Source of the DNA: Oscillospiraceae bacterium
GTDB lineage: Bacteria > Bacillota > Clostridia > Oscillospirales > SIG627
Direction: 5' to 3'
Assembly: GCA_034925865.1 (NCBI GenBank)
Contig: JAYFRN010000006.1
Location: forward strand, 10,236 to 74,235
Length of the DNA: 64,000 nt
How positions within the stretch are numbered: the stretch's first letter is position 1; every line of letters starts with the position of its first letter. The notes under the pieces are model-generated. The model saw nothing but the letters and a program-made list of their open reading frames with translations, did not search any database and was not told the DNA's origin. The position numbers and the translations under genes are program-made. Positions 6,891-17,085 of this stretch are shown here, one piece after another.

Positions 6891-9414
6891 CGCGGAATGC
6901 GATATTTTTATTTTTTCTTCGCTTCCTGAGCTTGACCGACCATATACCTATGCCGTCCGGGAAGGAATAAATATTTTCCCGGGATGCGTCGCCGCTGTTC
7001 CGTTTGGGCGAAGCAACAATCCGGCTTTCGGCGTGGTAACCGAAATCAGAAACGTATCCTCTGAAGACGAAATAAACCAAAACGATAAAATAAATCTCAA
7101 GGATGTCTTGTACACACTTGATCCGATATATTCTTTATCAGAAATACAGCTTTCTTTGTGCCGATTTTTAAAGGATCACCTGTTTGCGACCTTTTCCGAT
7201 TGCGCGCGCGCCGTATTGCCGCCAGGTGCGGAGGCGGCCGTGCGCAGTTTTTACATTTGCGGATCTGAGCTTAAATCTCCGGAGAATATTTCTTTTCTTT
7301 CACCGCTTACTGATAAAAAGCTGATGCGCATACAAGGGCTGAATGAATCATATGAAAATCTGCTTTTAATATTGAACGGAGCCGAACTCACCGAGAATTC
7401 ATTTTCCAAAAATGCCGCCGAATATCTTATCCGTAAAAAGCTTTTGGCACGCAAAGCAGTGCTTTCATATGCTTCTTCTGAAAAGAGTGCGAAATTCATT
7501 CGCCTTTCCAATCCATGCAATTTTGTTGACAATATCGATATCTTATCAGACAAGCATGTGAAAAAAGCCGCTGTATATGCCCAAGCCGCAAAATACCTTT
7601 CAATATGCGGAATTGAAGGTATACCGCTGTCCGAATTTTTAAAACAGTTCGGAATCAGTTATTCCGGTCTGTCAACCATGAGCCGGTTTTATCCGGTGGA
7701 AACATTTGAAAAACGCTTATTCAGACCGACATATATTCATCCCTCTCAAGACGAAAATATCACTCAGGAGTTTATTTTAAATGCCGAGCAGGAAAAAGCC
7801 GCAGCTTCTTTAGGAGAAATGCTAGATTCCGGCGTCGCTTCCTGCGCGCTTTTACACGGAGTCACCGGAAGCGGAAAAACCATGGTCATGCTTTCGCTTA
7901 TCGACCGTGCTTTAAAATCCGGAAAAGGTGTTATAATGCTCGTTCCGGAAATAGCGTTGACAGGCAGGGCTTCACGGCTTTTGCTTTCACGATATGGCGA
8001 CAAAGTCGCAGTCATTCATTCGGGATTGTCCGACGGCGAAAGATTTGATGAATGGACGCTTACTAAAACCGGTAAAAAGACCGTCGTGCTAGGGACAAGA
8101 AGCTCAATTTTCGCTCCTGTTCAAAATCTCGGGTTGATAATCATTGATGAAGAACACGATCAAAGCTATAAATCCGATACACGCCTAAAATACCATGCCA
8201 GGGATGTCGCCAGATTTTTATGCGCAAAATGCGGCGCGCTGCTGCTGCTTTCCTCCGCGACTCCGGATATAGAAAGTTATTATAAAGCCGAAACGGGTAA
8301 ATACAGGCTCTTAAATCTGACTGAGAGATTCAATGCTTCGCCGATGCCGGACGCGGAAATATCCGATATAAGAAACGATATTGCGGAGTCTCCCGATAAG
8401 CTTATCGGCGCAAGGCTCGGCACAGCAATAAGAGAAACGCTTTCCCGGGGCGAACAGATTATTCTTTTTATGAACCGCAGAGGTTACCGTCATTATATGA
8501 TGTGCCGATACTGCGGAGGTATAATTCTCTGCCCCAACTGCAGCGTTTCAATGACGCTTCATAACCCCGATTTCGGCGGTGAAAGCCGCCTGATGTGCCA
8601 TTATTGCGGATATACCGAGGCTCCTCCAGAGCAATGCCCCTCCTGCGGTCACAAGGCGCTTATGTTTTTCGGTTACGGTACCCAAAAGCTTGAAGAACAG
8701 CTTAAAACTGAATTTACTTCCGCGCATATAATTCGAATGGATTCAGATACGGTAACCAAAAAGCATTCTCACGATGAAATACTGTCGGATTTTAAATCCG
8801 GGAAAGCGGATATACTCATAGGTACTCAAATGGTGGCAAAAGGTCATAATTTTCCTAATGTCACTCTTGTCGGGATCGTTTCCGCGGACAGCTCGCTTTA
8901 TTTATCCGACTACCGGGCATATGAACAGACTTTTTCTCTTTTGACACAGGTAATAGGTCGAGCAGGGCGCGCGGAGCTTTCAGGACGGGCAATAATCCAG
9001 ACCATGAATCCGGATCATGAAATAATCCGTCTCGCGGCCTCGCAGGATTATTTAAAATTTTACAAGGGTGAAATTGCCGTCAGAAAAGCTCTTTTATATC
9101 CTCCATTCTGTGAAATATGCGCGCTTATTTTGTCCGGACAGGATGAAAAGTTCGTAAAGGAAAGCGCGACATATACAGATTCTCTTCTCGGCGATCTGAT
9201 AAAATCGGATTTCACCGATGTTAAGCTGATCGCTTACGGACCGTTTGAAGCTATGCCGTACAAGCTCAACAACACCTTCCGCCTTAAATTTGTTTTCAAG
9301 CTTAAATCCGACCGCAGAACACGTGAATATTTAAACTTGATATTATCTTTATTCGCAAAATCGAAATATAAATCAGTCATAATTACGATAGATATGAACC
9401 CCGGCATTATTTAA
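6883..9414 (+). CDS. priA: Primosomal protein N' (replication restart helicase)
   Basis: 843 aa. Walker A HGVTGSGKT, DEEHD box, CxxC zinc-binding pairs (CRYCGG..CPNC, CHYCG..CPSCG). 8-nt overlap with rpoZ. Confidence 0.9.
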   Translation: MYNAECDIFIFSSLPELDRPYTYAVREGINIFPGCVAAVPFGRSNNPAFGVVTEIRNVSSEDEINQNDKINLKDVLYTLDPIYSLSEIQLSLCRFLKDHLFATFSDCARAVLPPGAEAAVRSFYICGSELKSPENISFLSPLTDKKLMRIQGLNESYENLLLILNGAELTENSFSKNAAEYLIRKKLLARKAVLSYASSEKSAKFIRLSNPCNFVDNIDILSDKHVKKAAVYAQAAKYLSICGIEGIPLSEFLKQFGISYSGLSTMSRFYPVETFEKRLFRPTYIHPSQDENITQEFILNAEQEKAAASLGEMLDSGVASCALLHGVTGSGKTMVMLSLIDRALKSGKGVIMLVPEIALTGRASRLLLSRYGDKVAVIHSGLSDGERFDEWTLTKTGKKTVVLGTRSSIFAPVQNLGLIIIDEEHDQSYKSDTRLKYHARDVARFLCAKCGALLLLSSATPDIESYYKAETGKYRLLNLTERFNASPMPDAEISDIRNDIAESPDKLIGARLGTAIRETLSRGEQIILFMNRRGYRHYMMCRYCGGIILCPNCSVSMTLHNPDFGGESRLMCHYCGYTEAPPEQCPSCGHKALMFFGYGTQKLEEQLKTEFTSAHIIRMDSDTVTKKHSHDEILSDFKSGKADILIGTQMVAKGHNFPNVTLVGIVSADSSLYLSDYRAYEQTFSLLTQVIGRAGRAELSGRAIIQTMNPDHEIIRLAASQDYLKFYKGEIAVRKALLYPPFCEICALILSGQDEKFVKESATYTDSLLGDLIKSDFTDVKLIAYGPFEAMPYKLNNTFRLKFVFKLKSDRRTREYLNLILSLFAKSKYKSVIITIDMNPGII

Positions 9415-9653
9415 GCGCCGGTATCTTAAGCCCGATACACTCATTACTCATTAAAAAATATTTTGATTGTAAACCTGTTCGGCGCATGAGCCTCTTAGCC
9501 TGAGCTTACTCATTAAAGCGGCACTAAAAAGCTTTGATGTTTCCAAAGATTTATAATTTTTATTTGCCGCATACAGAAGCTTCATCTTAGAGCATATATA
9601 ATTCGATACCTAGCATAATAATAAAGCTTTTAAGTTATATAACGGAGGACACA

Positions 9654-10127
9654 ATGGCAATAAGAAGAATAGTTACTGATGCCGATGGCTTTCTAAGAAA
9701 GAAATCAAAGCATGTGGACAAGATCGATGCACGTACACTGAAGCTGATCGACGATATGCGCGACACTCTCGCAAAGCACAATGGAGTCGGACTGGCGGCG
9801 GTTCAGGTAGGTATATTAAAACGAATTTTTATTGTCAACACCGGCGATGAAACAATCGAGCTTATCAATCCTGAAATTTTATCTGCCGAAGGCGAACAGG
9901 AGGATCTGGAGGGCTGTCTCTCAATTCCGGGCAAATGGGGCATCACCCATAGGCCGATGAAGGTCACTGTCCGCGCAGAAGACAGAAACGGTGAAGTCAA
10001 GACATACAGTGGCGAAGGCCTTGTTGCACGCGCCTTCTGCCATGAAAACGATCATCTTGACGGCAAGCTTTATATTGATATTGCAACCTCAATGCTTACA
10101 CAGGAAGAGGTCGACGCACTTGACTGA
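9654..10127 (+). CDS. def: Peptide deformylase
   Basis: GVGLAAVQVG, EGCLSIPG and HENDHLDG motifs. SD ACGGAGGA upstream. Confidence 0.92.
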   Translation: MAIRRIVTDADGFLRKKSKHVDKIDARTLKLIDDMRDTLAKHNGVGLAAVQVGILKRIFIVNTGDETIELINPEILSAEGEQEDLEGCLSIPGKWGITHRPMKVTVRAEDRNGEVKTYSGEGLVARAFCHENDHLDGKLYIDIATSMLTQEEVDALD

Positions 10128-10155
10128 AAACACTACCTATGATAAAAAACGGAGC

Positions 10156-11109
10156 ATGTCGCTTTTATATATGGGCACCCCGAATTATGCCGTGGCCCCG
10201 CTTCGTTCTTTGTTAAATTCCGGTCTTTTTGATAAGATATCAGTTGTCACACGCCAGGACAGCCCGCAGGGACGCGGACTTAAGGATAAATTTTCAGAAG
10301 TAAAACGATTTGCCATCGATAATGCTATCGATGTATATCAACCTGTCAATTTAAAAAAGGATAATTTCGAAGCTGTTCTGCAAAAGCTTGATCCCGACAT
10401 TATAATCGTCGCCGCATACGGCATGATTCTGCCGGAATATGTTCTTAATTTTCCGAGATTCGGATGTATCAATATTCATGCTTCCCTTTTACCGGAATAC
10501 CGCGGAGCGGCGCCGATAAACCGCGTCATTCTCGACGGAAAGCAAAAAACAGGAATAACCATTATGAGAATGGATAAGGGAATTGACACCGGGGATATTT
10601 TATGTAGTTACGAAGTCCCTATTCTACCCTTGGATAATTTCGGTTCACTCTGTGCGAAGCTTTCTGACGCAGGCGCTTCCGTCATACCGGAAGCCGTCAA
10701 GCTGATTTTATCAGGTGAAGCGGTATATAAAAAGCAAAACGATTCATTCGCATCCTATGCTTCAAAGATCACCTCTGCCGATCAGTGTATCGATTGGTTT
10801 GAAGATGCGGCAAAGATCGTCAACAGAATACGGGCCTTTTCACCCGACCCATGTGCCAATACCATTACTCCCGACGGCAGACTTTTACGGATTAGCGCCG
10901 CGCATGAAGGCTCGGCGGTCGAAGCGCAAATTATACCGGGAACAGTTATAAAAGCTAAAAAAGCACTGGAAATTGCCTCCGGCAACTCATTGTCGCTCGT
11001 TATCGACGAGCTTCAGCCTGAAGGAAAACGCCGTATGTCCGGACGCGATTTCATAAACGGGCGAGGAATAAACGAGGGCGATGTGCTTTCACGCACGCTC
11101 ATGTGCTAA
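10156..11109 (+). CDS. fmt: Methionyl-tRNA formyltransferase
   Basis: MSLLYMGTPNYAV start and HASLLPEYRGAAPIN motif. The ORF-track 5' extension to 9991 overlaps def in another frame and is not homologous. Confidence 0.9.
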   Translation: MSLLYMGTPNYAVAPLRSLLNSGLFDKISVVTRQDSPQGRGLKDKFSEVKRFAIDNAIDVYQPVNLKKDNFEAVLQKLDPDIIIVAAYGMILPEYVLNFPRFGCINIHASLLPEYRGAAPINRVILDGKQKTGITIMRMDKGIDTGDILCSYEVPILPLDNFGSLCAKLSDAGASVIPEAVKLILSGEAVYKKQNDSFASYASKITSADQCIDWFEDAAKIVNRIRAFSPDPCANTITPDGRLLRISAAHEGSAVEAQIIPGTVIKAKKALEIASGNSLSLVIDELQPEGKRRMSGRDFINGRGINEGDVLSRTLMC

Positions 11110-11193
11110 TACGTAAATTATATTTTTAACGGCAATCAAATCACTTGTTTATATTAATTGCCAAATTAATATTACGAAAGGATACTGTAATAC

Positions 11194-11880
11194 ATGCCGA
11201 CCGGAACAGAATTTTATATAATCCTTATTCTGCCCGCGCTGATCTTTTCAGTTTGGGCAAGCTTCAATGTAAATCATACCTTCAATAAATATTCGAAAAT
11301 TTCCAACAGCCGGGGCATAACCGCCGAAAACGCGGTTTATGCGGTGCTTGATAACAACCATATAGGCGGAATTTCGCTTGAACGGATTAACGGAAATCTC
11401 ACAGATCATTATGATCCGGCAAAAAATACGATAAGACTTTCGCAAAACGTTTCCGGTTCAACAAGCATCTCGGCAATCGGCGTCGCCGCACATGAAGCCG
11501 GGCATGCGGTACAATACGGTACCGGTTATTCATTAATTAAGCTTCGGACCATGATCATTCCGGTTTGCCAGTTTGGCTCGAACGCCGCCATGCCTCTTGT
11601 GTTCATAGGACTTTTCTTTTCAATTCCTGTTTTTGTCGATCTTGGCATATTGTTTTTCGGCGCGGCAGTGGTATTTCAGCTCGTCACGCTTCCGGTGGAA
11701 TTCAATGCTTCTCATCGCGCTGTCACAGCGCTCAGAGAAACAGGCACACTTACCGGGACCGAGCTTATCGGTGCCGAAAAGGTGCTTAAAGCTGCAGCGT
11801 TGACCTATGTCGCCGCGCTTGCTGTCGCTCTTCTCAATTTCCTGCGCCTTCTTTCTCTGGCTGGGAGACGCAGACGCTGA
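11194..11880 (+). CDS. Membrane zinc metallopeptidase, YugP/Zn_peptidase_2 family
   Basis: 228 aa. HEAGHAVQ (HExxH), flanking TM segments, NSRGITA...LTDHYDP motifs typical of the YugP family. Confidence 0.8.
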   Translation: MPTGTEFYIILILPALIFSVWASFNVNHTFNKYSKISNSRGITAENAVYAVLDNNHIGGISLERINGNLTDHYDPAKNTIRLSQNVSGSTSISAIGVAAHEAGHAVQYGTGYSLIKLRTMIIPVCQFGSNAAMPLVFIGLFFSIPVFVDLGILFFGAAVVFQLVTLPVEFNASHRAVTALRETGTLTGTELIGAEKVLKAAALTYVAALAVALLNFLRLLSLAGRRRR

Positions 11881-13184
11881 TGAAGGAAAAAAAGATTTAC
11901 TCACACAATGTTCGGGAATTGTGCGTAGACGCGCTCAACAATCTTGAAAAAGACGTAAAATATTCCAACCTTCAGCTAAACGCTTCATTAACCGAAAGTG
12001 CTTTATCAGAGCAGGACAGAGCACTGTTCACCGCTCTTTTTTACGGAGTCATTGAAAAGCGCCTCACTCTTGATTATCTCATCGACCGCTTTGTCAAGCG
12101 TCCCGATAAGCTCTCTCCTTACACCAGAAACATTTTAAGGACGGCAATATTTCAGCTGTTATTCTTGGAAAAAATTCCGGATCACGCGGCTGTTTTTGAA
12201 GCCTGCGAAACGGCAAAAAAGCATGAAGGTCCGGGATGCACATCGCTTGTCAACGGCGTACTGAGAAATATAATCAGAGAAAAAAGCACACTGTTTGATT
12301 TTAAAGACGCTGATCCCATAAAAGCTCTTTCTATTAAACACTCTGTTCCTGAAGAATTGATAGCTCTATGGATTCATAGCTATGGTCAAAGAGCGACCGA
12401 AATCGTTTGCGCTCTTTCATTGACCAGATATCCGTCTCTGTATGTAAACACTTTGAAAATCAGCCGCCAAGCATACTGCGCAATGCTTACCGATAAGGGT
12501 ATAGAATATTCGATTTCCGGTAAAACCGATGTTTTACTTAAAGCGCCTTTTCCGGCAGTAAAGCTCCCTGGATTTAATGAAGGATTGATTTTCATACAGG
12601 ACCTTTCCTGCCAGGCGGCTATATCAGACCTATTACCAGGTAAAAATGAGATAGTAGTTGATGTTTGCGCCTGCCCGGGAGGAAAGAGCTTTTCCGCCGG
12701 CATAGCAATGGAAAATACCGGCGCGATATATTCCTTTGATATCCATTCCTCAAAGCTTCCTCTTATAACAAAAAGTGCAGAAAGACTCGGGATTACGAAC
12801 ATAACCGCACGTGAAAACGACGCCAGATTCCCGGCAGCGGAATTAGTCGGAAAAGCGGATACAGTTATCTGCGATGTCCCTTGTTCAGGATTCGGAGTGA
12901 TCGCAAAAAAGCCTGAAATAAGATATAAGCCTTTATCCGATCTCGCTTCCCTGCCTGATCTTCAGTTTGAAATTCTTGCCAAGTCCTCTATGTACTGCGC
13001 ACCGGGAGGTAAAATTATGTATTCGACATGTACACTTAATCCAAATGAAAACGAACGAGTTTCAGAACGGTTCTTATCCTCCGCTCCACAGTTTGCAAGA
13101 ATATCCGGCAACGCCGGAACCACCGTATTTCCGGACGCTTTTCACGACGGATTCTATTATGATATTTTCATCAGAAAAGATTAA
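11880..13184 (+). CDS. rsmB: 16S rRNA (cytosine967-C5)-methyltransferase
   Basis: N-terminal NusB-like domain. SAM site DVCACPGGKS; catalytic DVPCSG and YSTCT motifs. 1-nt stop/start overlap with the upstream gene. Confidence 0.88.
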   Translation: MKEKKIYSHNVRELCVDALNNLEKDVKYSNLQLNASLTESALSEQDRALFTALFYGVIEKRLTLDYLIDRFVKRPDKLSPYTRNILRTAIFQLLFLEKIPDHAAVFEACETAKKHEGPGCTSLVNGVLRNIIREKSTLFDFKDADPIKALSIKHSVPEELIALWIHSYGQRATEIVCALSLTRYPSLYVNTLKISRQAYCAMLTDKGIEYSISGKTDVLLKAPFPAVKLPGFNEGLIFIQDLSCQAAISDLLPGKNEIVVDVCACPGGKSFSAGIAMENTGAIYSFDIHSSKLPLITKSAERLGITNITARENDARFPAAELVGKADTVICDVPCSGFGVIAKKPEIRYKPLSDLASLPDLQFEILAKSSMYCAPGGKIMYSTCTLNPNENERVSERFLSSAPQFARISGNAGTTVFPDAFHDGFYYDIFIRKD

Positions 13185-13192
13185 AAGCAAAT

Positions 13193-14266
13193 ATGATTAA
13201 TAATACAGATACTAAACCCTTAAAAAAATACGATATCCGAAGCATGTTTCCGGAGGAAATTCAAGCTCTGATCGTTCCGCTCGGATTTGAACGGTATCGT
13301 GCAGAACAAATTTTCAGCTGGCTTTACAAAGGCACCGACAGCTTTGAAGACATGACGAATTTATCAAGAACCGCGCGTACGATTCTAAACGATCATTTTT
13401 ATATCGAAACGCCTAAAATCAATACTTCTTTTAAATCAAAAGAAGACGGCACGATCAAGCTGCTGCTTGAATTTCCGGACGGTGAATTTGCCGAATGCGT
13501 CGCACTCGGATATAAATACGGATACAGCGCGTGCGTATCTTCTCAAGCCGGATGCAAAATGGGCTGTTCGTTCTGCGCGTCCACTAAAGCCGGATTTACA
13601 CGCGACCTGACCGCCGGAGAGATTCTTGTCCAGATTGAAATGCTTCAAAGAGAACTCCGGAAAGAACTGCCGGAAGCCAAAATCGGACATGTGGTAATGA
13701 TGGGCATTGGCGAGCCGCTTGATAATTATAATAATTCAATTAAATTCATAAGGCTGGCCAACGACCCGCGCGGATACAATATCGGGATGCGAAACATTTC
13801 ACTTTCAACCTGCGGGTTGGTCGATAAAATAAACAAGCTTGCCGAAGAGGATCTTCCGATTACCCTTTCCGTTTCACTTCACGCGCCTAACAACGAGCTC
13901 CGTTCCTCGCTTATGCCGGTCAACAATAAATATCCGATCGAGGAATTAATATATGCCTGCCGCGAATACATTCGCAAAACAGGCCGGCGCATATCCTTTG
14001 AATATTCACTGATTCACGGAGTAAATGATACGCCCGAATGTGCAAAGGAGCTTTCAAAGCTGCTTGCAGGGATGATGTGCCACGTTAATGTCATACCAGT
14101 AAATCCTATCAGCGAAAAATCGTTTAAGGGCAGCCCCAAAGAACGAATTTTGCTCTTTACAAATCTGCTTTCACTTGGTAAAATAAACGTAACGGTAAGA
14201 AGAACCTTAGGTGCGGATATTGACGCTGCCTGTGGTCAGCTTCGCAGGAAAAGAAAGCAAAATTGA
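13193..14266 (+). CDS. rlmN: 23S rRNA/tRNA (adenine-C2)-methyltransferase, radical SAM
   Basis: GCKMGCSFCAS (CxxxCxxC), MGIGEPL, and C-terminal DIDAACGQL motifs. Confidence 0.9.
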   Translation: MINNTDTKPLKKYDIRSMFPEEIQALIVPLGFERYRAEQIFSWLYKGTDSFEDMTNLSRTARTILNDHFYIETPKINTSFKSKEDGTIKLLLEFPDGEFAECVALGYKYGYSACVSSQAGCKMGCSFCASTKAGFTRDLTAGEILVQIEMLQRELRKELPEAKIGHVVMMGIGEPLDNYNNSIKFIRLANDPRGYNIGMRNISLSTCGLVDKINKLAEEDLPITLSVSLHAPNNELRSSLMPVNNKYPIEELIYACREYIRKTGRRISFEYSLIHGVNDTPECAKELSKLLAGMMCHVNVIPVNPISEKSFKGSPKERILLFTNLLSLGKINVTVRRTLGADIDAACGQLRRKRKQN

Positions 14267-14281
14267 CATTGGAGTAATTTT

Positions 14282-15028
14282 ATGGATTGCTTCGGTTCTA
14301 CCGATATCGGAAAAAGACGCGCTCTTAATCAGGATTGCTTTCGTATTGTATATGCGAAAGATTTTCTGATATCATTAGTATGCGACGGAATGGGCGGAGC
14401 GAACGGCGGTAATATCGCCTCCGCAATTGCTGCCGATGTTTTTTGCACCCGTTTATCGGATGAGATATCAAGCTCATCCGCTCCTTCCTATGATAACATA
14501 AAGGAATATATCAATAACGCGCTTATTGAAGCAAACCGCGCGGTATATGAAAAATCCAAATCCGATCCTGTCCTTGATGGAATGGGTTCGACTTTGGTTG
14601 CATTCGTGTCCGATGGGAAAGCCTTTTACACTGCAAATATCGGAGACAGCCGTGCGTATTACATACCTTCGGAATCCGGTGAAATAATAAAGCTTACAAA
14701 GGATCATTCTCTTGTTCAATCTCTTATAGATTCCGGCATTATAACCGAAGACGAAGCTGCCGAGCATCCGAACAGAAATATTATAATGCGCGCTGTCGGC
14801 GTTGATGAAATTGCCGAACCGGATATAATCTCTCATAACCTGTGCGGAGGCCGCGTGCTGTTGTGCAGCGACGGGCTCTCCGGGTATTTTCATTTTGACG
14901 ATTCATATAAAAATATTCTTACCGATATGACGGATCCGGAAAATACCGTTAACCGTCTTATCGAGTATGCCAACCGATGCGGCGGCAGCGATAACATAAC
15001 CGCGGTTATTATCCGGCTTCAGTCATAA
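14282..15028 (+). CDS. stp: PP2C-family Ser/Thr protein phosphatase (Stp/PrpC)
   Basis: NQDCF, CDGMGG, GDSRAY, CSDGL, GGSDNITAV motifs. Precedes the kinase as in the prpC-prkC pair. Confidence 0.88.
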   Translation: MDCFGSTDIGKRRALNQDCFRIVYAKDFLISLVCDGMGGANGGNIASAIAADVFCTRLSDEISSSSAPSYDNIKEYINNALIEANRAVYEKSKSDPVLDGMGSTLVAFVSDGKAFYTANIGDSRAYYIPSESGEIIKLTKDHSLVQSLIDSGIITEDEAAEHPNRNIIMRAVGVDEIAEPDIISHNLCGGRVLLCSDGLSGYFHFDDSYKNILTDMTDPENTVNRLIEYANRCGGSDNITAVIIRLQS

Positions 15029-15054
15029 ACAAATGTCAAAGGAAGATAGTTATT

Positions 15055-17034
15055 TTGGAAAACCGTGATAAATATGAAGCTCTTGTCGGAACCACTCTCG
15101 ACAACAGATATCTTATATTAAATATAGTAGGAATCGGCGGAATGTCAGTCGTCTTGAAGGCAAAGGATCTTCAAATGAACCGAATCGTCGCCGTTAAAAT
15201 ACTTAATGAGGAGCAGGCCTCCGATGAAAAAGCTGTTCGTCGCTTTGTCAACGAATCAAAAGCGGTAGCAATGCTTTCGCATCCGAATATAGTCAATATT
15301 TTTGATGTCGCATTCGATGGACCGCTTAAATATATCGTAATGGAATACATCGACGGTATAACGCTCAAAGAGTATATGAGCAAAAAGGGAAAGCTGTCAT
15401 GCCGCGAGGCGGTTTTATTTACCGAACAAATACTCAAGGCTCTTGAGCATGCACATGAAATGGGCGTAATCCACAGAGACATCAAGCCTCAGAACGTGCT
15501 TATGTGCGGCGACAATCATATCAAAGTAGCCGACTTCGGAATAGCAAAGCTTCCGGATTCGGAAACCATTACAATGACAGACAAAGCCATAGGCACTGTA
15601 TATTATATAAGTCCCGAACAGGCAAGCGGAAAACCCACCGGCGTTTATACGGATATTTATTCGGTCGGCGTAATGCTTTACGAGATGGTCACTGGCAGAC
15701 TTCCTTTTGACGGAGACACACCTCTTTCCATCGCAATGATGCAGGTAAATAATTCTCCGGTCGAGCCCAGGAAAATTGATCCTTCCATTCCTGTGGGCCT
15801 TGAACAAATTATTCTTAAAGCAATGCGCAAAAACACCGAGGAAAGATTTAAATCAGCTCGCTCTATGCTTCGCAGCATATCGATATTAAAATCAAATCCC
15901 GATGTAATATTTGAAGAAAGACTCCCAAATTCAAAAGCAGAAGATGAAAATGCAAACGCAAACAATACTGATCAATCGGGTTCTGATATAGAATCATTCT
16001 CTGACGCCGCAAACGAAAACAAAAAAAAGCTTCCTTCCGCCATCATGGCAAAAAACAAAGGTGCTTTTACGTCTTCAGCAAATGACGCAACTCCTGTCAG
16101 ATATAAAAAAGCAAAACGCACGATGTTCCCTATAATTTTCGGCGTTACCTGCGCGTTCTTGCTCGTCGCCGGAATCAGCGCGGCAATCGTTGCAATTTCA
16201 TTTTTTAAAACTCAGTCTCAGGATACAAGCCTGACATTGACCGTCCCTGAATTAGTCGGAAAAGAATATAATGAAACACTTATAAATGATATAGCAAAAG
16301 AAAATTTCCGGATTTTATCAAAAAAATATATTTACGACGCTAACTATGATACTAATGTGATCGTTACTCAGGAACCGGTTTCCGGCACAAGGAAAAAAAT
16401 TGCGAACAATTCTCTGTTTTGCGATATAACCATCACAATAAGCCGGGGCAAGCAATCCATACCAATGCCGGATGTAACAATCACAGAGTATCGAACGGCG
16501 GAAATTGAATTAAAAAAGCTAGGTCTCGAGGTAAGAGTAATACAATCCTTTCATGATACGGTTCTCGACGGATATGTGATTTCCACAAGCATAGAAGCCG
16601 GAGCGCCTGTCAATGTCGGAGATACCATCACCTTAAACGTAAGCAAAGGTCAGGAAATTCAATATGCTTTGATGGTTGATCTATCCGGGCTGACATATAA
16701 TGAAGCCGCAAGAAAGCTCGCGGAAAATGGCTTTGCTGTCGGAAAAATCAAACGTGAGCCATCTCTGAGTCCCACGGATACGGTAATAACTCAAAGTATC
16801 AAGCCGTTTGTTTCCGTCCCGAAAAAATACACTTCGGTTGATCTGACTCTAAGTATCCAATATACAGAAGAAGCTCTTGAGAGAAAGCGCATCATAGATG
16901 AAGGCGGTGATCCGTCACAGCCCGAACAGCCTGTAACCGAAGAAACTCCGAAAACCGGAGATACACCAACTACGGGAACACCCGGCACATCGGAAACGCC
17001 GGATACAATACAAATCCCTGCGCCGATAGATTAA
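15055..17034 (+). CDS. prkC: Ser/Thr protein kinase with TM helix and PASTA repeats (PrkC/PknB type)
   Basis: TTG start. Kinase motifs VAVK, HRDIKPQN, DFGIA, SPEQ. TM segment FPIIFGVTCAFLLVAGISAAIVAISFF. Three PASTA-like repeats and a Pro/Thr/Glu-rich tail. Confidence 0.9.
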   Translation: MENRDKYEALVGTTLDNRYLILNIVGIGGMSVVLKAKDLQMNRIVAVKILNEEQASDEKAVRRFVNESKAVAMLSHPNIVNIFDVAFDGPLKYIVMEYIDGITLKEYMSKKGKLSCREAVLFTEQILKALEHAHEMGVIHRDIKPQNVLMCGDNHIKVADFGIAKLPDSETITMTDKAIGTVYYISPEQASGKPTGVYTDIYSVGVMLYEMVTGRLPFDGDTPLSIAMMQVNNSPVEPRKIDPSIPVGLEQIILKAMRKNTEERFKSARSMLRSISILKSNPDVIFEERLPNSKAEDENANANNTDQSGSDIESFSDAANENKKKLPSAIMAKNKGAFTSSANDATPVRYKKAKRTMFPIIFGVTCAFLLVAGISAAIVAISFFKTQSQDTSLTLTVPELVGKEYNETLINDIAKENFRILSKKYIYDANYDTNVIVTQEPVSGTRKKIANNSLFCDITITISRGKQSIPMPDVTITEYRTAEIELKKLGLEVRVIQSFHDTVLDGYVISTSIEAGAPVNVGDTITLNVSKGQEIQYALMVDLSGLTYNEAARKLAENGFAVGKIKREPSLSPTDTVITQSIKPFVSVPKKYTSVDLTLSIQYTEEALERKRIIDEGGDPSQPEQPVTEETPKTGDTPTTGTPGTSETPDTIQIPAPID

Positions 17035-17085
17035 GATTAAATGTAACCAGCAAAACAATTCTTAAAATAAAAGGAGAAAATTTTG

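Noticed and set aside
9991-10155. N-terminal extension of fmt proposed by the ORF track
   Set aside because: It overlaps def in a different frame. The conserved Fmt N-terminus (MSLLYMGTPNYAV) starts at 10156.
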